A DNA stretch of 64,000 bases from Selaginella moellendorffii. Taxonomy: Eukaryota; Plantae; Lycopodiophyta. The stretch lies in contig NW_003314443.1 of NCBI RefSeq assembly GCF_000143415.4, positions 62,001-126,000 on the forward strand, read 5' to 3'. The notes under the pieces are model-generated. The model saw only the letters and a program-made list of their open reading frames with translations, was not told where the DNA came from and did not search any database. Within the stretch, counting starts at the first letter, position 1. Every line of letters begins with the position of its first letter. Below are positions 36,845 through 49,921 of this stretch, piece by piece. The translations under genes were made by a program, and so were the position numbers.

Positions 36845-38624
36845 ATGGCGTCGTCCTCACAGGGAGGAGGCGGGGAGGACGACGACGACGACGAGGGCGT
36901 GTGTAGGATGAGCGTGGAGCTCCGCACGGGCAGGGATGAGCTCCAGGCGAATAAGAAGAAGCTGCGATTGTCGCTGGCATCGCTGCCGCGAGCTGCCGTG
37001 GCGCGAGCTGCGATCTCGCTCAAGCGCGTCAGGGTAAACAGGGATTCCACCGCGCAGCTTGCGGTCTTCATGCTCAAGGTCGGGGCGCTCGAGGCCTTGC
37101 GGCGAGGTCTCCAGCACCGATGCCCGCCCCTGTGGTGGATCATCCAGGCGATCCCTCTCTTCCGCGCGCCTCCATTCGCGTGGCTCCAGCGATGGTATCC
37201 CTTTCGCTGCCTGATCCAGGGCACGCAGGTCTGGAAATATTTCGATTCGGTGATACCTCGCTCATCGATTTTCACTCCAGATCTTCTCCAAGCCTGTGGT
37301 CTTCCTGTCGATCGCCACGGCTCTCACGAATGCGTGGGATCAGCACGGGCGGCAGGGCGAGGGGAGTATTTTCCCAGCGCCGCCGCCATTGCCGTCGCCT
37401 CCTCCCAGTCCTCGATCGCCTTCTCCAAGATCGCTGCAAGACAGGTAAGATTTCCATCTCTATATCGTTCTAGACTGAGATCGATTGACAGGGAAGACTC
37501 CCAGGCGATGGCCTTGAGGAAAATGCTGGAAGAACACGGCATATTCGTACCCGACAGGTGTGATGCTTGTTTGTCGCTCTCTCTCTTTCCATCGCTTATA
37601 CTTGGTTTATATCATCTTTGCTCTAGGATAAGCAACGATGAACTGCACAGGTTCTATCAAGCAGCCAACAAAAGCAACAAACGTTTTGTAGCGCTTGTGA
37701 AGAAGAACGTCGGGTGGCGGCAAAACTTTCGATTCCTTTCCTGCCGAGAGCTCGACGAATGGTCCGAGCTCGTCTACTGGCACCACCACGACTCCCAAGA
37801 CAGGCCTTTGCTCATCATCCGTCTGGGCCTCGCTTCTACTACGCTCGTTTCGTCCCAGCGGCCACGCTTTGCGCAGGCAATCGGTGCTAAAAACTCTCAT
37901 TCTTTCTGTCTGTGGTCTTTCTAACGCTTGTGTTTTTGTTTTCCAGTCTCCCAGATTGAATTCGGCGTCGTCAACTTGCTAAGGGGCGAGGATCCTCGAA
38001 TCACTGTTGTCCTCGACTGTGCCGGAGCTCCAGCTGTGGGATTTCCGCTCCAGATGACGAAGTCCTGCTGCGTCCTTGTACAGGATAACTATCCGACCCG
38101 ACTTGCCGCACTATTTATTGTCAACCTTCCGCCTTTTGTTCGAGTAGTCGCCACCGCGATTGTTCAGGTCATGTTTCTAGTCCCGTTTTCCTTTCCGTCT
38201 ATAACGGCATGAGTTTCAACAGATTCTCAAGCCTGCCACCCGCGACAAGATTTATGTGGAAAGCGACGACTGTGCACGAATCCTGGCGGAGCATTTGGGT
38301 GGACTCGATTGGGTTCCGATTTACCTCGGGGGCAACTGCAAGTGTTCTCTTTGCAACGAGGCTCGCGCTGCCTTGGACGAGGAAAGACAGGATCGTCTAC
38401 ACGAGCTGGTCCAAGGCGTCGGCAACAATCGTCAGCAGCAACAGCAAACCTCTTTCGGACAAAGAGATTATCTATTCAGTGACCAAGACGAGGAGGACGT
38501 GACTCCCTTCCAGTCATGCACTCGAGTTCTGCGAGTGGCCATCATCGGCCTGCTGATGCTGTGGATTGTGGTCGCCCTCGTCGCTGGTTTGTACGAGCCT
38601 CACCTGGATGAGCTTCCGACTTGA
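36845..38624 (+). CDS. Sec14/CRAL-TRIO lipid-binding protein with C-terminal transmembrane helix (multi-exon)
   Basis: DELHRFYQAA, WSELVYWHHHDSQDRPLLIIRLG, RITVVLDC, VQDNYPTRLAALFIVNLP, ILKPATRDKI, VPIYLGGNCKC, TM segment VAIIGLLMLWIVVALVAGL. Stop at 38624. Confidence 0.88.
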
Positions 38625-38764
38625 TCAATCACAGGCGAGATTCTCTCGAGTTTTATTAGGTGGTAAAACCCGTAATAAGTGACTCGTTTGCCGTTTTGCT
38701 GCTCCTTCGCGCATTCAATGCACCTCACAGGAGAAACAGGCAGAAGAAAAGAAAGTCACTCGCC

Positions 38765-40620
38765 ATGACCTGCTTCCCTTTTCTCCGGGGTGAGTTCTGT
38801 TGTTGCTTCTTCGTCTTCGTCGCCTTCTTGTTCCAGGGAAGAAGCAGATCTACAACTGGTGGTCTTCCTTGCAATGGAGAGACTGGACTCGACACTGAGT
38901 TGTGAGCAGGCCCTGGGGAACAAAGACTTTGTCGAGGAGATGATCCAGAAGCAGCTTTTCAGCTCGCCACTACTGAATTTGACAGGTTCTTATCTGCCCT
39001 TCGTTTGATTTTTCTGGCCGACTGCTAATGTTAGCTAGCACGCACAGGGGGGCAGAAAATGGACGATGATTCTTACCAAGCTACTGTCAAGATGAAAACG
39101 GAGGAGATGCTCGAAGTTCTGGAGTCTCTGAGGCTTGGCACGGATTGGAAGGTTGAGGACGAAAGCCAGGACTTGAGAATTATGTACTGTCCTGGTCGTG
39201 GTACGCCATTTCACAGCTACTGTGTTGAAGGCATTGTCAATGCTCCGCTTGTTCATGGTAAGATTGAAGCTTCTTTTCATACTCCGTCTTGCATTATCGA
39301 CAGTTATGAATCAACTGTGATTTTTATCTACAGCTCTGTGCGTGATGTGGGAAGTTCCTTGCTTTAAAAAATGGTGAGGCGATTGATGAAGTGTCTCTGT
39401 CTGTAAGCAAAGCCTTTCGTTCCGACTTTTCTTACAGGTGGCCTCACTTTACTGTGCCTTCGTTTAAAGTGTTGGAGTCCCAATGGCTGAGGATGCTTCG
39501 CATTTGCGAGAACCTTTTCCACATGAGGTACTTCGACGTTGTTAACCCATCCCGCATTTAAATTCTACAAGCTCTTGCCAGGTGCAAGGTTCCATGGCCG
39601 TTTGCGACAAGAGAAATGCTGGTCACGTCTTTCGAACTGGAGCTACCTGAATTGGATGCCGTGGTTGGCTGCTTGCGAACAGTTAAGCTATCAATCACTG
39701 TGCCTCTTTTGTTATTTTATTCACTCCAAGGGTGGTGATTTGCCAGGTCCCCCAGGAAGCAGAGACTATCGTCAAGGAGACCATCCATGGTTTTAATGCT
39801 TCTCATTTGCCTCCTCCAAAAGAGGGCGTCATTCGCATGGAAGCCAACGGTGGATTCATCCTCCAGAAGATTAGCGACGAGAAATGCTACATAAGGTACG
39901 CTATTAGTTTTTTTTTTTTTTTTTGTTTTCTTCTTAAGATAGTCACCACTTCTTTTACAGAGCAGTAATACACCTGGACCTTAAGCTCGACCTTGTTCCG
40001 ACATGGGTGATTAACTTCCTTGGGCGTCAAGTTGTGGGACACGGCTTCAGGCTATACCTCAAGGTATATTTCTTTCCTTTTGGGGTGAAAAATGTCTAAG
40101 CTTTGTGTGTTACAACAGACTGTTTCTTCTGTTAAAGAGAGCAAAGTGTTTCAAGAATGCATCAGGCAACAGCCACTCTACAGCCGCATAACGTTAGAGA
40201 TGCTACCAAAATCGAGCCACGAAAATGGATACAAGAGTTGAGGTGCTTTTCATAAGAAGTATTCATAAGCTTCCTGCACAAGAGCATTTACATTTATAAA
40301 AAATTTATAAACAAAGAGGAGCTTGAGGCCCACCGATACTCCTGAAAAGTCCGAACTTATTCATGAGACATATGCAAGGTGGTTTTATAAGATTTCTGTT
40401 GTTTTGCATGTCTAGAAAAATCTGCTGCAGTCAAGCTCAAGAAAGAAACCATTCTCTTCTCGATGGAATGAAACTCTCACTAGCTCCATGCTCTGGCGAG
40501 GCCATGGCAAACAAAATGGGTGGACTCTTCGTCTCAATCTGACAAGCAGCTGATGCAAAGGCTGCTTTTGAGAAACAAAGCGTAAGTATGCTGCAACAAG
40601 AACTAGCAACAGCCGTTTAA
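38765..40620 (+). CDS. START-like (lipid/sterol-binding) domain protein, multi-exon; 3' end uncertain
   Basis: DWKVEDESQDLRIMY..GTPFHSYCVEGIVNAP, LCVMWEVP.FKKWWPHFTVPSFKV, KVPWPFATREML, GVIRMEANGGFILQKISDEKCYIR, LDLKLDLVPTWVINF. Confidence 0.7.
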
Positions 40621-41289
40621 GGTATTGTCATGGAAGATGGCTTGTCTGAGCTCGAGTTTGATTTGATCCGGGCACCCTGGTCCCATCTATTTTTCACTTG
40701 GTTGTCAAAGCTTGGAGGTCCATAGGTTTTGATCCTTTCAAATCCTGCTCCAACTTTTGATGCCTTTTCTTGGCAATAATATATTGCTCTGAAACCGTGA
40801 AAGCTTACTCACCTGCAAAAAAAACTCCAGGGTTGCACCAGACATCCAATAAACCAGGGAAGCTCTTGAGGAAAATCCTAGATTCAATTTAAACAAGTCA
40901 CACCTCATGGAATTGATGGTGATCTTGATACAACTAACTAGTTAAGCTTGTCCTCAAACACATGGTTTTGGCATTTGTCTTTCACACTATTGTCCAATCT
41001 TGTGAAAGCCTTGACCGAGCTTAAACTCAATCAGCTGAGAACAAGCTGTCTCAAAAGTTTCCAAAGAGCAGAAGGCATAATACAAAGGTCACAAACTCGT
41101 CTCATCACAAGTTGCATTGTGGTCACTCCACGCCTTGGATGTTGATGAACTACAGGCCTCCATTTATCTTGGAAAATACATCTATGAGGAATGAAGCAAT
41201 CTGGACAATAGTATAAGCAAAATGAGCACGAGAAGAACCATACATACCGTGGAAAAGCATGAGTTCTACACTCAAAACGACACACACAT

Positions 41290-41450
41290 GGCACGGGCAA
41301 TGTTCGATCAAATGCCTGAGTGCCACAACATTGTGGCATGGACTGCTAGGCCTACGCTCTCACTGGGAATTTCTTCCACGCTTTAATTCGATCCTCTACC
41401 AGGAGATGGTCTTGGAAGGAATGGCTCCCGACTAGATCACATTCACTTCC
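41290..41450 (+). pseudogene. PPR (PLS-class) gene fragment; copies at ~48460-48620 (+) and ~54400-54560 (-)
   Basis: ARAMFDQMPECHNIVAWT...LYQEMVLEGMAPD*ITF. Confidence 0.7.
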
Positions 41451-41999
41451 GAAATCAGAAAAGTTCTTTGTCAGGATGTACCATCTAGTAGGACGAAACT
41501 GGCCTCAAGAATGCTAGAGCATAAGTTATAACATGTAGCTACGTGGGGCTCCTCGCCAAATGATGAACCTATGCAGAGACTTGCCCGATCGTGGAGCACT
41601 AGTACACGCAAGGTGGATTGTTAACATTGAGGATGTCATTGTCGTGTGCTAAAGTGGCCTGAAGAACGCCACCGTGATTGGATTCCTTGTGATTCCATCA
41701 CTCTTTTAGCTAATAGAGCTTCTAATTACAATCTTTTACAAGGAACCCACAGTACAAAGACTAAGCTCGGTTACAATCTTTTAAAATGAACCCAGGACTA
41801 AGCTCAATAATGAAGATTAGGCCATTGTTGGAATGTCCATTTTAAGGAGTTGTGCTCTTATTGGATAGCTCATTGTAACGCTTGAGCTAAATGCTTTTCA
41901 ATTAAAACGTACAATAATATGCTTTGCCTCCTGTGGGAACATGCAGTCTATGTTAGGAGATCTCAGCAGGCATGGTGGATCAATGTTCCATCTGGAACG

Positions 42000-42900
42000 G
42001 ATGAAATTTCTTGCTCAAGGTGCTCGTCTGACCACATTCCACAGCAATATTCTGAAGCTGTACGTGAAGGAGATATTCGATGGGTTGTACAAAGAGATCA
42101 GGAAGATTCTGGTGCCGTTCATGTGGATGTTGTGCTGCCATTTGAATGGAAATTCGGGGGTTGGTAAATCTGCATTCGTCTGGTACTTCCGGTCATGATC
42201 TACGAGTCCAGAGCGACTGTTTTGATGTTCAAGGGTAACAAGCTCAGGGTGGTGAATAGAGAAGACTTCCCTCAGGAGATCGTGCTGGACAGCAAAGTAG
42301 ATACCATCTCATCGATCTGTGAGTGGACTTGGGGCGGATGGTTGGAAATAAAACCCTTGTTGCTGCTTCATCACCAGACGAGTTCAATGTCAGAAAAGCC
42401 AAGCGTACAACGTTCACTCGCTATCTGCCTGCGTGGGAAAAGCACGAGTACGATGCTCTTGTGTCTTCTTGGAGGAAACGCGTGACAGACTACGAGAGTG
42501 GATCGGAAGAAGCCAAAGAGATAACACATGCTGCTGAAATGGCGTTTGAATGGTTTGGAGGTATCCCCTGGTTTCTTTGGGATGTAGAAGCAAACGGTCT
42601 GACTGTGGAAGCTTTCGAAAGGGATTGAAGCACCTGAGTATGGTTCTGACTCCTGATTTTGTCCTTCAAGCGTTTTGAGCGTTGGTGGTCCAGGAAACCA
42701 AGGTGCGCATCTTCATGCTCTCAAACATGCTCCTGGCGGCGCTCAAGTTGAAACTTGCGTGAGAGCTATCCAGCAGACAATGGTCTTGCGCAGGATCTCG
42801 TGAACGGCCTTGTCAAAATGCCCATTCTCGCAAATGCGAGGATCCACGGTACTGGATTCTTCTCCGGGATTTGACTGAAGCTGTTCTTCGTGAGGGCAAT
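42000..42900 (+). pseudogene. Crinkler/RHS-type P-loop NTPase remnant; copies at ~49170-49920 (+), 53754-53900 (-), ~59750-60293 (-)
   Basis: LYVKE, GNSGVGKSAFVWY (Walker A), TLVAASSPD, RYLPAWEKHE, FEWFGGIP. Frameshifted. Confidence 0.6.
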
Positions 42901-43071
42901 GACGCCTTGGATGGTCCTAATGATGGAAGTCGTTGTAATTCTTAGGATACTACTTTATCCATCACGAATAGCATCAATACAGTAATCACTTCGAAGCTTT
43001 TAAAATAGGATCTACATATTTTGTCTTGGTAATGGGAGATTTCACTTCCTGAACATAGTCGCTTCTATATA

Positions 43072-43551
43072 TCAGGTGAAGCAAGATCTAACGTCCACAT
43101 CTTGATTGATTTCATTTGCTGTTAAATCCATCCATTTTTCGAATTTTTTTTGTGTGTGGCTATCCGGCACCAGGAATCGTCTAAAATCCATGGTGAGGCT
43201 CTTTGGGTATCGAGGTTTCTTCATTTGAATCCTTGGAATCTTTCGGTTTTCGGTTTTCGACATCCAAGCCGGCTCCCTTTCGTCCTTGGGCGGCTGGATG
43301 CCTTGGATGATCGCCGCATTTTGCCGCGTCTTGGCGTCCGGAAGGGATGTGTCAGGGAGCGAAGCAATTGCGTCAGAATAGATGCAGCTGAGCTCCTGGA
43401 CCAGCTCGTCCCAAGTCCGGCACGACAGGCCCGTTGTGTAGTTGAGAGAGAGGGGATGGAAAACGTCGCCTTTGTCTGGGTGCAACCGGATGGAGAGCTC
43501 CGAGGGATTCAAGCCACCCAAACATCGAGAGATGGCAGCTTTCCGCTGCAC
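43072..43551 (-). other. ORF with HPDK (J-domain-like) motif, possible gene fragment; identical copy 59109-59588 (+)
   Basis: LSIRLHPDKGD motif. No ATG at the ORF start (GTG). Confidence 0.3.
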
Positions 43552-44219
43552 AGAGGAAGACGAATACCCGAGTCTCTCTCACCTCGCGAAACCGTAGCCG
43601 CACTAAAATCTAACGGTTTGGATGGTATATTCTAAGATATCCTTTAATCCAACGGCTGTGATGTATCGCTCTTAACCTTTTATTTGTTTGTAGTTACCAC
43701 TAATATAAACTGCGTTTAAAAGTTCATTCTCATTCACTATTTCTAGCTTGTTGTCTAGCGTCTTTCTTGTTCAAATGGTGAGGAAGGCTTGCATATGCTG
43801 GCAGGGTCATCGAGAATTCAATGGCACAACATTGTGTGTGATTGATAGATTATGCTGAAGTGACAACTGATGAGAATTTGGTATATATGATCGAATTGGT
43901 AAGCTCAATGGCATGTTTGTGCTGTTTGTGTGCTACTGGAGCAAATCAAATATATATCTTCCCTTCCACAAAATTTGATTGCATGAGTACAGTGGAGATG
44001 CACCTAAGTTAATACTTTTTAATGATCTGTTTGTCTAAGTCTGTAATAATAGATTCCATTGATTACAAGTTTGGTTTTGCTTCTTTACTATGATCTAGTA
44101 CCAACTTAACAACACAGTTAATCTTAGGTGAGATTTTGAGGAGAGCCACTCTCACTAGTAAATTGTATAGTGTTAAAAAAAAAAGAAAATAATAAAGTGG
44201 TCCAGAAACTCAACACAGT

Positions 44220-44470
44220 TAATTTAATAATAAAATAATAAAATAGTGTTAGAAAAAAGGAAAATAATAAAGTGGTCCAGAAACTCAACACAGTTAATTT
44301 ATTTAATAATAAAATAATAAAATAATAAAATAGTGTTCATGTTAGGGGGCGACCCTAACACCGTAGTATTCTTAATTGAAAGTCCAGGCGGATGGGAATC
44401 GAACCCAGCAACCCTTCACAATAGAACATTACAGCGTGCATGCTATAACCACAAAGCCGTGAACACTGGG
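44220..44470 (-). mobile_element. tRNA-derived SINE-like repeat (copy in left arm)
   Basis: Reverse complement of 58190-58440. Confidence 0.55.
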
Positions 44471-44832
44471 AGATAACAAAATATTATTTCAGCACCTCTT
44501 ATTTGAAAAACAAGATTTGGAATCCACCTGATTGTCCACGTGGACGACATCCAGGGGCTGCGAGATCCTGGAGAGCAGCTACTGGCCGAATCAATACCGT
44601 CTTCATCCGGCATGAAATCAAAGATTTCTTTGGAGGTGGCCAAATCCCCCCTCTGCTATTCACTGCTGGAGGAACGTCCTGTCATTCTGGGCAGTAGATT
44701 CGTCCAGGACACCAGATCCTTGGCCGGCGTTTTTGCCCAAGCTCGATTTCGCTGCCACAATTTGCCCCTGCTGCGCGAGCGCCATTATCATCGAGTTCCA
44801 TGGCGCTCTGAGACGCAATCAAACATAGACTC

Positions 44833-46030
44833 TCACTCTCGGATGCGGGATGCCGCCACATACGCGGTCACCATCGCGTTCCAGGAGACGATCACGGAAC
44901 TCCTAATCGAACAAGATTGACGCCGCATCGATCGAATGCCCTGTTCTTGCTGCTCGCATTTGCCAGCGAAAGGGAATATCGCGCGATCCAAGAGCCTGAA
45001 CCCGGCGTGGCGGCGTGGATCATTCGGGGGGATCGGCACGAGAGAAGATTTAGCTCCAGCAACGCTGCCGAGAGCGACTTTGCGGAGAAGAGAAATCCCT
45101 CGTTCATACAAAAAAATTTGATTGGGTCTCTGGCTGTGGGTTCGAACCTGTGACCTTGCCAATATATATTTTTATTCTAGCCAGATATCCGGCCATCAGG
45201 TTCCCGTCCAAAGTGTACACTAATTGCTTCTTAACGTATACCATAATGTAAACAGCGGCGCAAGAGATTTTCGTTTTGTGGGCGCATGGCGCGCAGCGCG
45301 TTGCTGCTGTCAAGCTCAAGAAAGAAACCATTCTCTTCCCGATGGAATGAAACTCTCACTTTCTCCATGCTCTGGCGAGGCCATGGCAAACAAAACGTCT
45401 GCATCTCAATCTGAGCAAGCAGCTGATGCAGAAGCTATTTTTGAGAAACAAAGTATAAGTATGCTGCAACAAGCAACATCCGTTTAAGATATTGTTCTGG
45501 AAGATGGCTTGTCTGAGCTCGAGTTTGATTTGATCCAGGCACCATGGTCCCGGGAATGTATTCTTCACTTGGTTGTCCAAGCTGGAGGTCCATAGGTTTG
45601 GATCCTTTCAAATCCTTGGGGCGTGAGACTCTTTTTCGAGCATCCAGTTATTTCTCTTGGCAGCTATCAATGCTGATCCGGGGGAGATCCACGCGCTAGT
45701 CGACTCTGTGGCCTGGATCACTTGTGCCAAGAGCACATTCGAGCCTCATTCGGGGACATTCCTTCGAGTGTAATCGACAGGGATTGAGAAGAATGGTTGG
45801 AGCTGCACTAGCATCGGACTTTTCCCCACTCTTTCATTCTCCAGCGCTGAAATTTGGCTCGACACTGGCCTCGTCTAGCTTCCCAGATCTCCCCAGCAGA
45901 TCCACCAAGCATCTTAAGTGTTCCATGATCGTGGACATGCTGTAGTCTTGGGCTATGGACGACAAGTAGTTCTCATCCCGAGATGACTGCAGGCAGAAGA
46001 GCTCGCTGCGATCACAGTAGCTTGCAAGAT
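44833..46030 (-). pseudogene. PPR gene fragments; mirror copies at 56630-57830 (+)
   Basis: VIVSWNAMVTAY...RIRE and EHLRCLVDLLGRSGKLDEA motifs. Confidence 0.7.
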
Positions 46031-49000
46031 GCAAAGGAGGGAGAAGCGTTGCAAAATTTTTTGATTGGGTCTCGGGCTGTGGATTCGAACCTGTGACCTT
46101 GCCAATATATTTGTTTATTCTAGCCAGATGTCCGGCCATCCAAATCGGACACTAATTGCTTCTTAACATATATCATTCCTTTCTGCGGTTGTCAAGCTCA
46201 AGAAAGAAACCATTATGGAATGAAGATTTCACCACTGAATCCCTGGGATAACCTACCTTTTCTTCTTGTGAGAAACAAGGTTTGCTGCATCCAACGACTG
46301 AATGTCCGAAGATGGCTTGTTTGAGCATTGAAGATTAAATTGATCCAGGCACGCTCTTGATTAGCAGCAAAGTTAAGAGTCCAAGGCTGGAGGTACTTCT
46401 CTGTTCTTTCAAATCCTGGGGAGCTTGAGATTTCATCAAGGGGCTTTCTTGTCGTGTTCTATCCAAGTTTGATGCTTGTTCTTAGCAGCAACAAGACCAA
46501 ACATTTGAAAAAATCCATGAAATTTCAAGTCACACCCTGTGTGAAGAAGAGGGGCAATGCATGGAAAGTACTCGGGGCCAAAAGGTGGCTGTCCACAACG
46601 AGAGTATTTAGAGCAAAAAGGGCGAAAGATGAACTGTGGGAAAGCAATGCTTTCACTGCAACGTATATCCCTTGTGCCCTGCTGATCAATCCAAAAGCCA
46701 CAACGCTGGTGGTAGTGCAGCAGCTCCTCCGTCCCGCGTTTAAATTCTACAAGCTCTTGCCAGGTGCAAGGTTCCATGGCCGTTTGCGACAAGAGAAATG
46801 CTGGTCACGTCTTTCAAACTGGAGCTACCTGAATTGGATGCCGTGGTTGGCTGCTTGCGAACAGTTAAGATATCAATCACTGTGCCTCTTTTGTTATTTT
46901 ATTCACTCCAATGGTGGTGATTTGCCAGGTCCCCCAGGAAGCAGAGACTATCGTCAAGGAGACCATCCATGGTTTTAATGCTTCTCATTTGCCTCCTCCA
47001 AAAGAGGGCGTCATTCGCATGGAAGCCAATGGTGGATTCATCCTCCAGAAGATTAGCGCTACATAAGGTACGCTATTAGTTTTTTTTTTTTTTTTGTTTT
47101 CTTCTTAAGATAGTCACTACTTCTTTTACAGAGCAGTAATACACCTGGACCTTAAGCTCGACCTTGTTCCGACATGGGTGATTAACTTCCTTGGGCGTCA
47201 AGTTGTGGGACACGGCTTCAGGCTGTACCTCAAGGTATATTTCTTTCCTTTTGGGGTGAAAAATGTCTAAGCTTTGTGTGTTACAACAGACTGTTTCTTC
47301 TGTTAAAGAGAGCAAAGTGTTTCACGAATGCATCAGGCAACAGCCACTCTACAGCCGCATAACGTTACAGATGCTACCAAAATCGAGCCACGAAAATGGA
47401 TACAAGAGTTGAGGTGCTTTTCATAAGAAGTATTCTTAAGCAAGAGCATTTACATTTATAAACAATTTATAAACAAAGAGGAGCTTGAGGCCCACCAATA
47501 CTCCTGAAAAGTCCAAACTTATTCATGAGACATATGCAAGGTGGGTTTTATAAGATTTCTGTTGTTTTGCATGTCTAGAAAAATCTGCTGCAATCAAGCT
47601 CAAGAAAGAAACCATTCTCTTCTCGATGGAATGAAACTCTCACTTGCTCCATGCTCTGGCGAGGCCATGGCAAACAAAATGGGTGGACTCTTCGTCTCAA
47701 TCTGACAAGCAGCTGATGCAAAGGCTACTTTTGAGAAACAAAGCGTAAGTATGCTGCAACAAGAACTAGCAACAGTCGTTTAAGGTATTGTCGTGGAAGA
47801 TGGCTTGTCTGAGCTCGAGTTTGATTTGATCCAGGCACCCTGGTCCCATCTATTCTTCACTTGGTTGTCAAAGCTTGGAGGTCCATAGGTTTCGATCCTT
47901 TCAAATCCTCGGGGCGCTCCAACTTTTGATGCCTTTTCTTGGCAATAATATATTGCTCTGAAACCGTGAAAGCTTACTCACCTGCAAAAAAAACTCCAGG
48001 GTTGCACCAGACATCCAATAAACCAGGGAAGCTCTCGAGGAAAATCCTAGATTCAACATAAACAAGTCACACCTCATGGAATTGGTGGTGATCTTGGTGC
48101 AACTAGCTAGTTAAGCTTGTCTGCAAACACATGGTTTTGGCATTTGTCTTTCACACTATTGTCCAATCTTGTGAAAGCCTTGACCGAGCTTAAACTCAAT
48201 CAGCTGAGAACAAGCTGTCTCAAAAGTTTCCAAAGAGCAGAAGGCATAATACAAAGGTCACAAACTCGTCTCATCACAAGTTGCATTGTGGTCACTCCAC
48301 GCCTTGGATGTTGATGAACTACAGGCCTCCATTTATCTTGGAAAATACATCTATGAGGAATGAAGCAATCTGGACAATAGTATAAGCAAAATGAGCACGA
48401 GAAGAACCATACATACCGTGGAAAAGCATGAGTTCTACACTCAAAACGACACACACATGGCACGGGCAATGTTCGATCAAATGCCCGAGTGCCACAACAT
48501 TGTGGCATGGACTGCTAGGCCTACGCTCTCACTGGGAATTTCTTCCACGCTTTAATTCGATCCTCTACCAGGAGATGGTCTTGGAAGGAATGGCTCCCGA
48601 CTAGATCACATTCACTTCCGAAATCAGAAAAGTTCTTTGTCAGGATGTACCATCTAGTAGGACGAAACTGGCCTCAAGAATGCTAGAGCATAAGTTATAA
48701 CATGTAGCTACGTGGGGCTCCTCGCCAAATGATGAACCTATGCAGAGACTTGCCCGATCGTGGAGCACTAGTACACGCAAGGTGGATTGTTAACATTGAG
48801 GATGTCATTGTCGTGTGCTCAAGTGGCCTGAAGAACGCCACCGTGATTGGATTCCTTGTGATTCCATCACTCTTTTAGCTAATAGAGCTTCTAATTACAA
48901 TCTTTTACAAGGAACCCACAGTACAAAGACTAAGCTCGGTTACAATCTTTTAAAATGAACCCAGGACTAAGCTCAATAATGAAGATTAGGCCATTGTTGG

Positions 49001-49921
49001 AATGTCCATTTTAAGGAGTTGTGCTCTTATTGGATAGCTCATTGTAACGCTTGAGCTAAATGCTTTTCAATTAAAACGTACAATAATATGCTTTGCCTCC
49101 TGTGGGAACATGCAGTCTATGTTAGGAGATCTCAGCAGGCATGGTGGATCAATGTTCCATCTGGAACGGATGAAATTTCTTGCTCAAGGTGCTCGTCTGA
49201 CCACATTCCACAGCAATATTCTGAAGCTGTACGTGAAGGAGATATTCGATGGGTTGTACAAAGAGATCAGGAAGATTCTGGTGCCGTTCATGTGGATGTT
49301 GTGCTGCCATTTGAATGGAAATTCGGGGGTTGGTAAATCTGCATTCGTCTGGTACTTCCGGTCATGATCTACGAGTCCAGAGCGACTGTTTTGATGTTCA
49401 AGGGTAACAAGCTCAGGGTGGTGAATAGAGAAGACTTCCCTCAGGAGATCGTGCTGGACAGCAAAGTAGATACCATCTCATCGATCTGTGAGTGGACTTG
49501 GGGCGGATGGTTGGAAATAAAACCCTTGTTGCTGCTTCATCACCAGACGAGTTCAATGTCAGAAAAGCCAAGTGGACAACGTTCACTCGCTATCTGCCTG
49601 CGTGGGAAAAGCACGAGTACGATGCTCTTGTGTCTTCTTGGAGGAAACGCGTGACAGACTACGAGAGTGGATCGGAAGAGGCCAAAGAGATAACGCAGAG
49701 AGTGAATGCTGCTGAAATGGCGTTTGAATGGTTTGGAGGTATCCCCTGGTTTCTTTGGGATGTAGAAGCAAATGGTCTGACTGTGGAAGCTTTCGAAAGG
49801 GATTGAAGCACCTGAGTATGGTTCTGACTCCTGATTTTGTCCTTCAAGCGTTTTGAGCGTTGGTGGTCCAGGAAACCAAGGTGCGCATCTTCATGCTCTC
49901 AAACATGCTCCTGGCGGCGCT

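Larger units (their letters stand above)
39550..49921 (+). repeat. 3.2-kb direct duplication: 39550-42743 vs 46732-49921
   Basis: Near-identical sequence and duplicated ORFs (e.g. 40948/48117, 41941/49110, 42195/49364). Confidence 0.92.

Noticed and set aside
46454-46978. 174-aa ORF (and mirror 55590-56114) as a gene
   Set aside because: It spans the duplication junction and reads START-gene exons/introns out of frame, with a non-ATG start.
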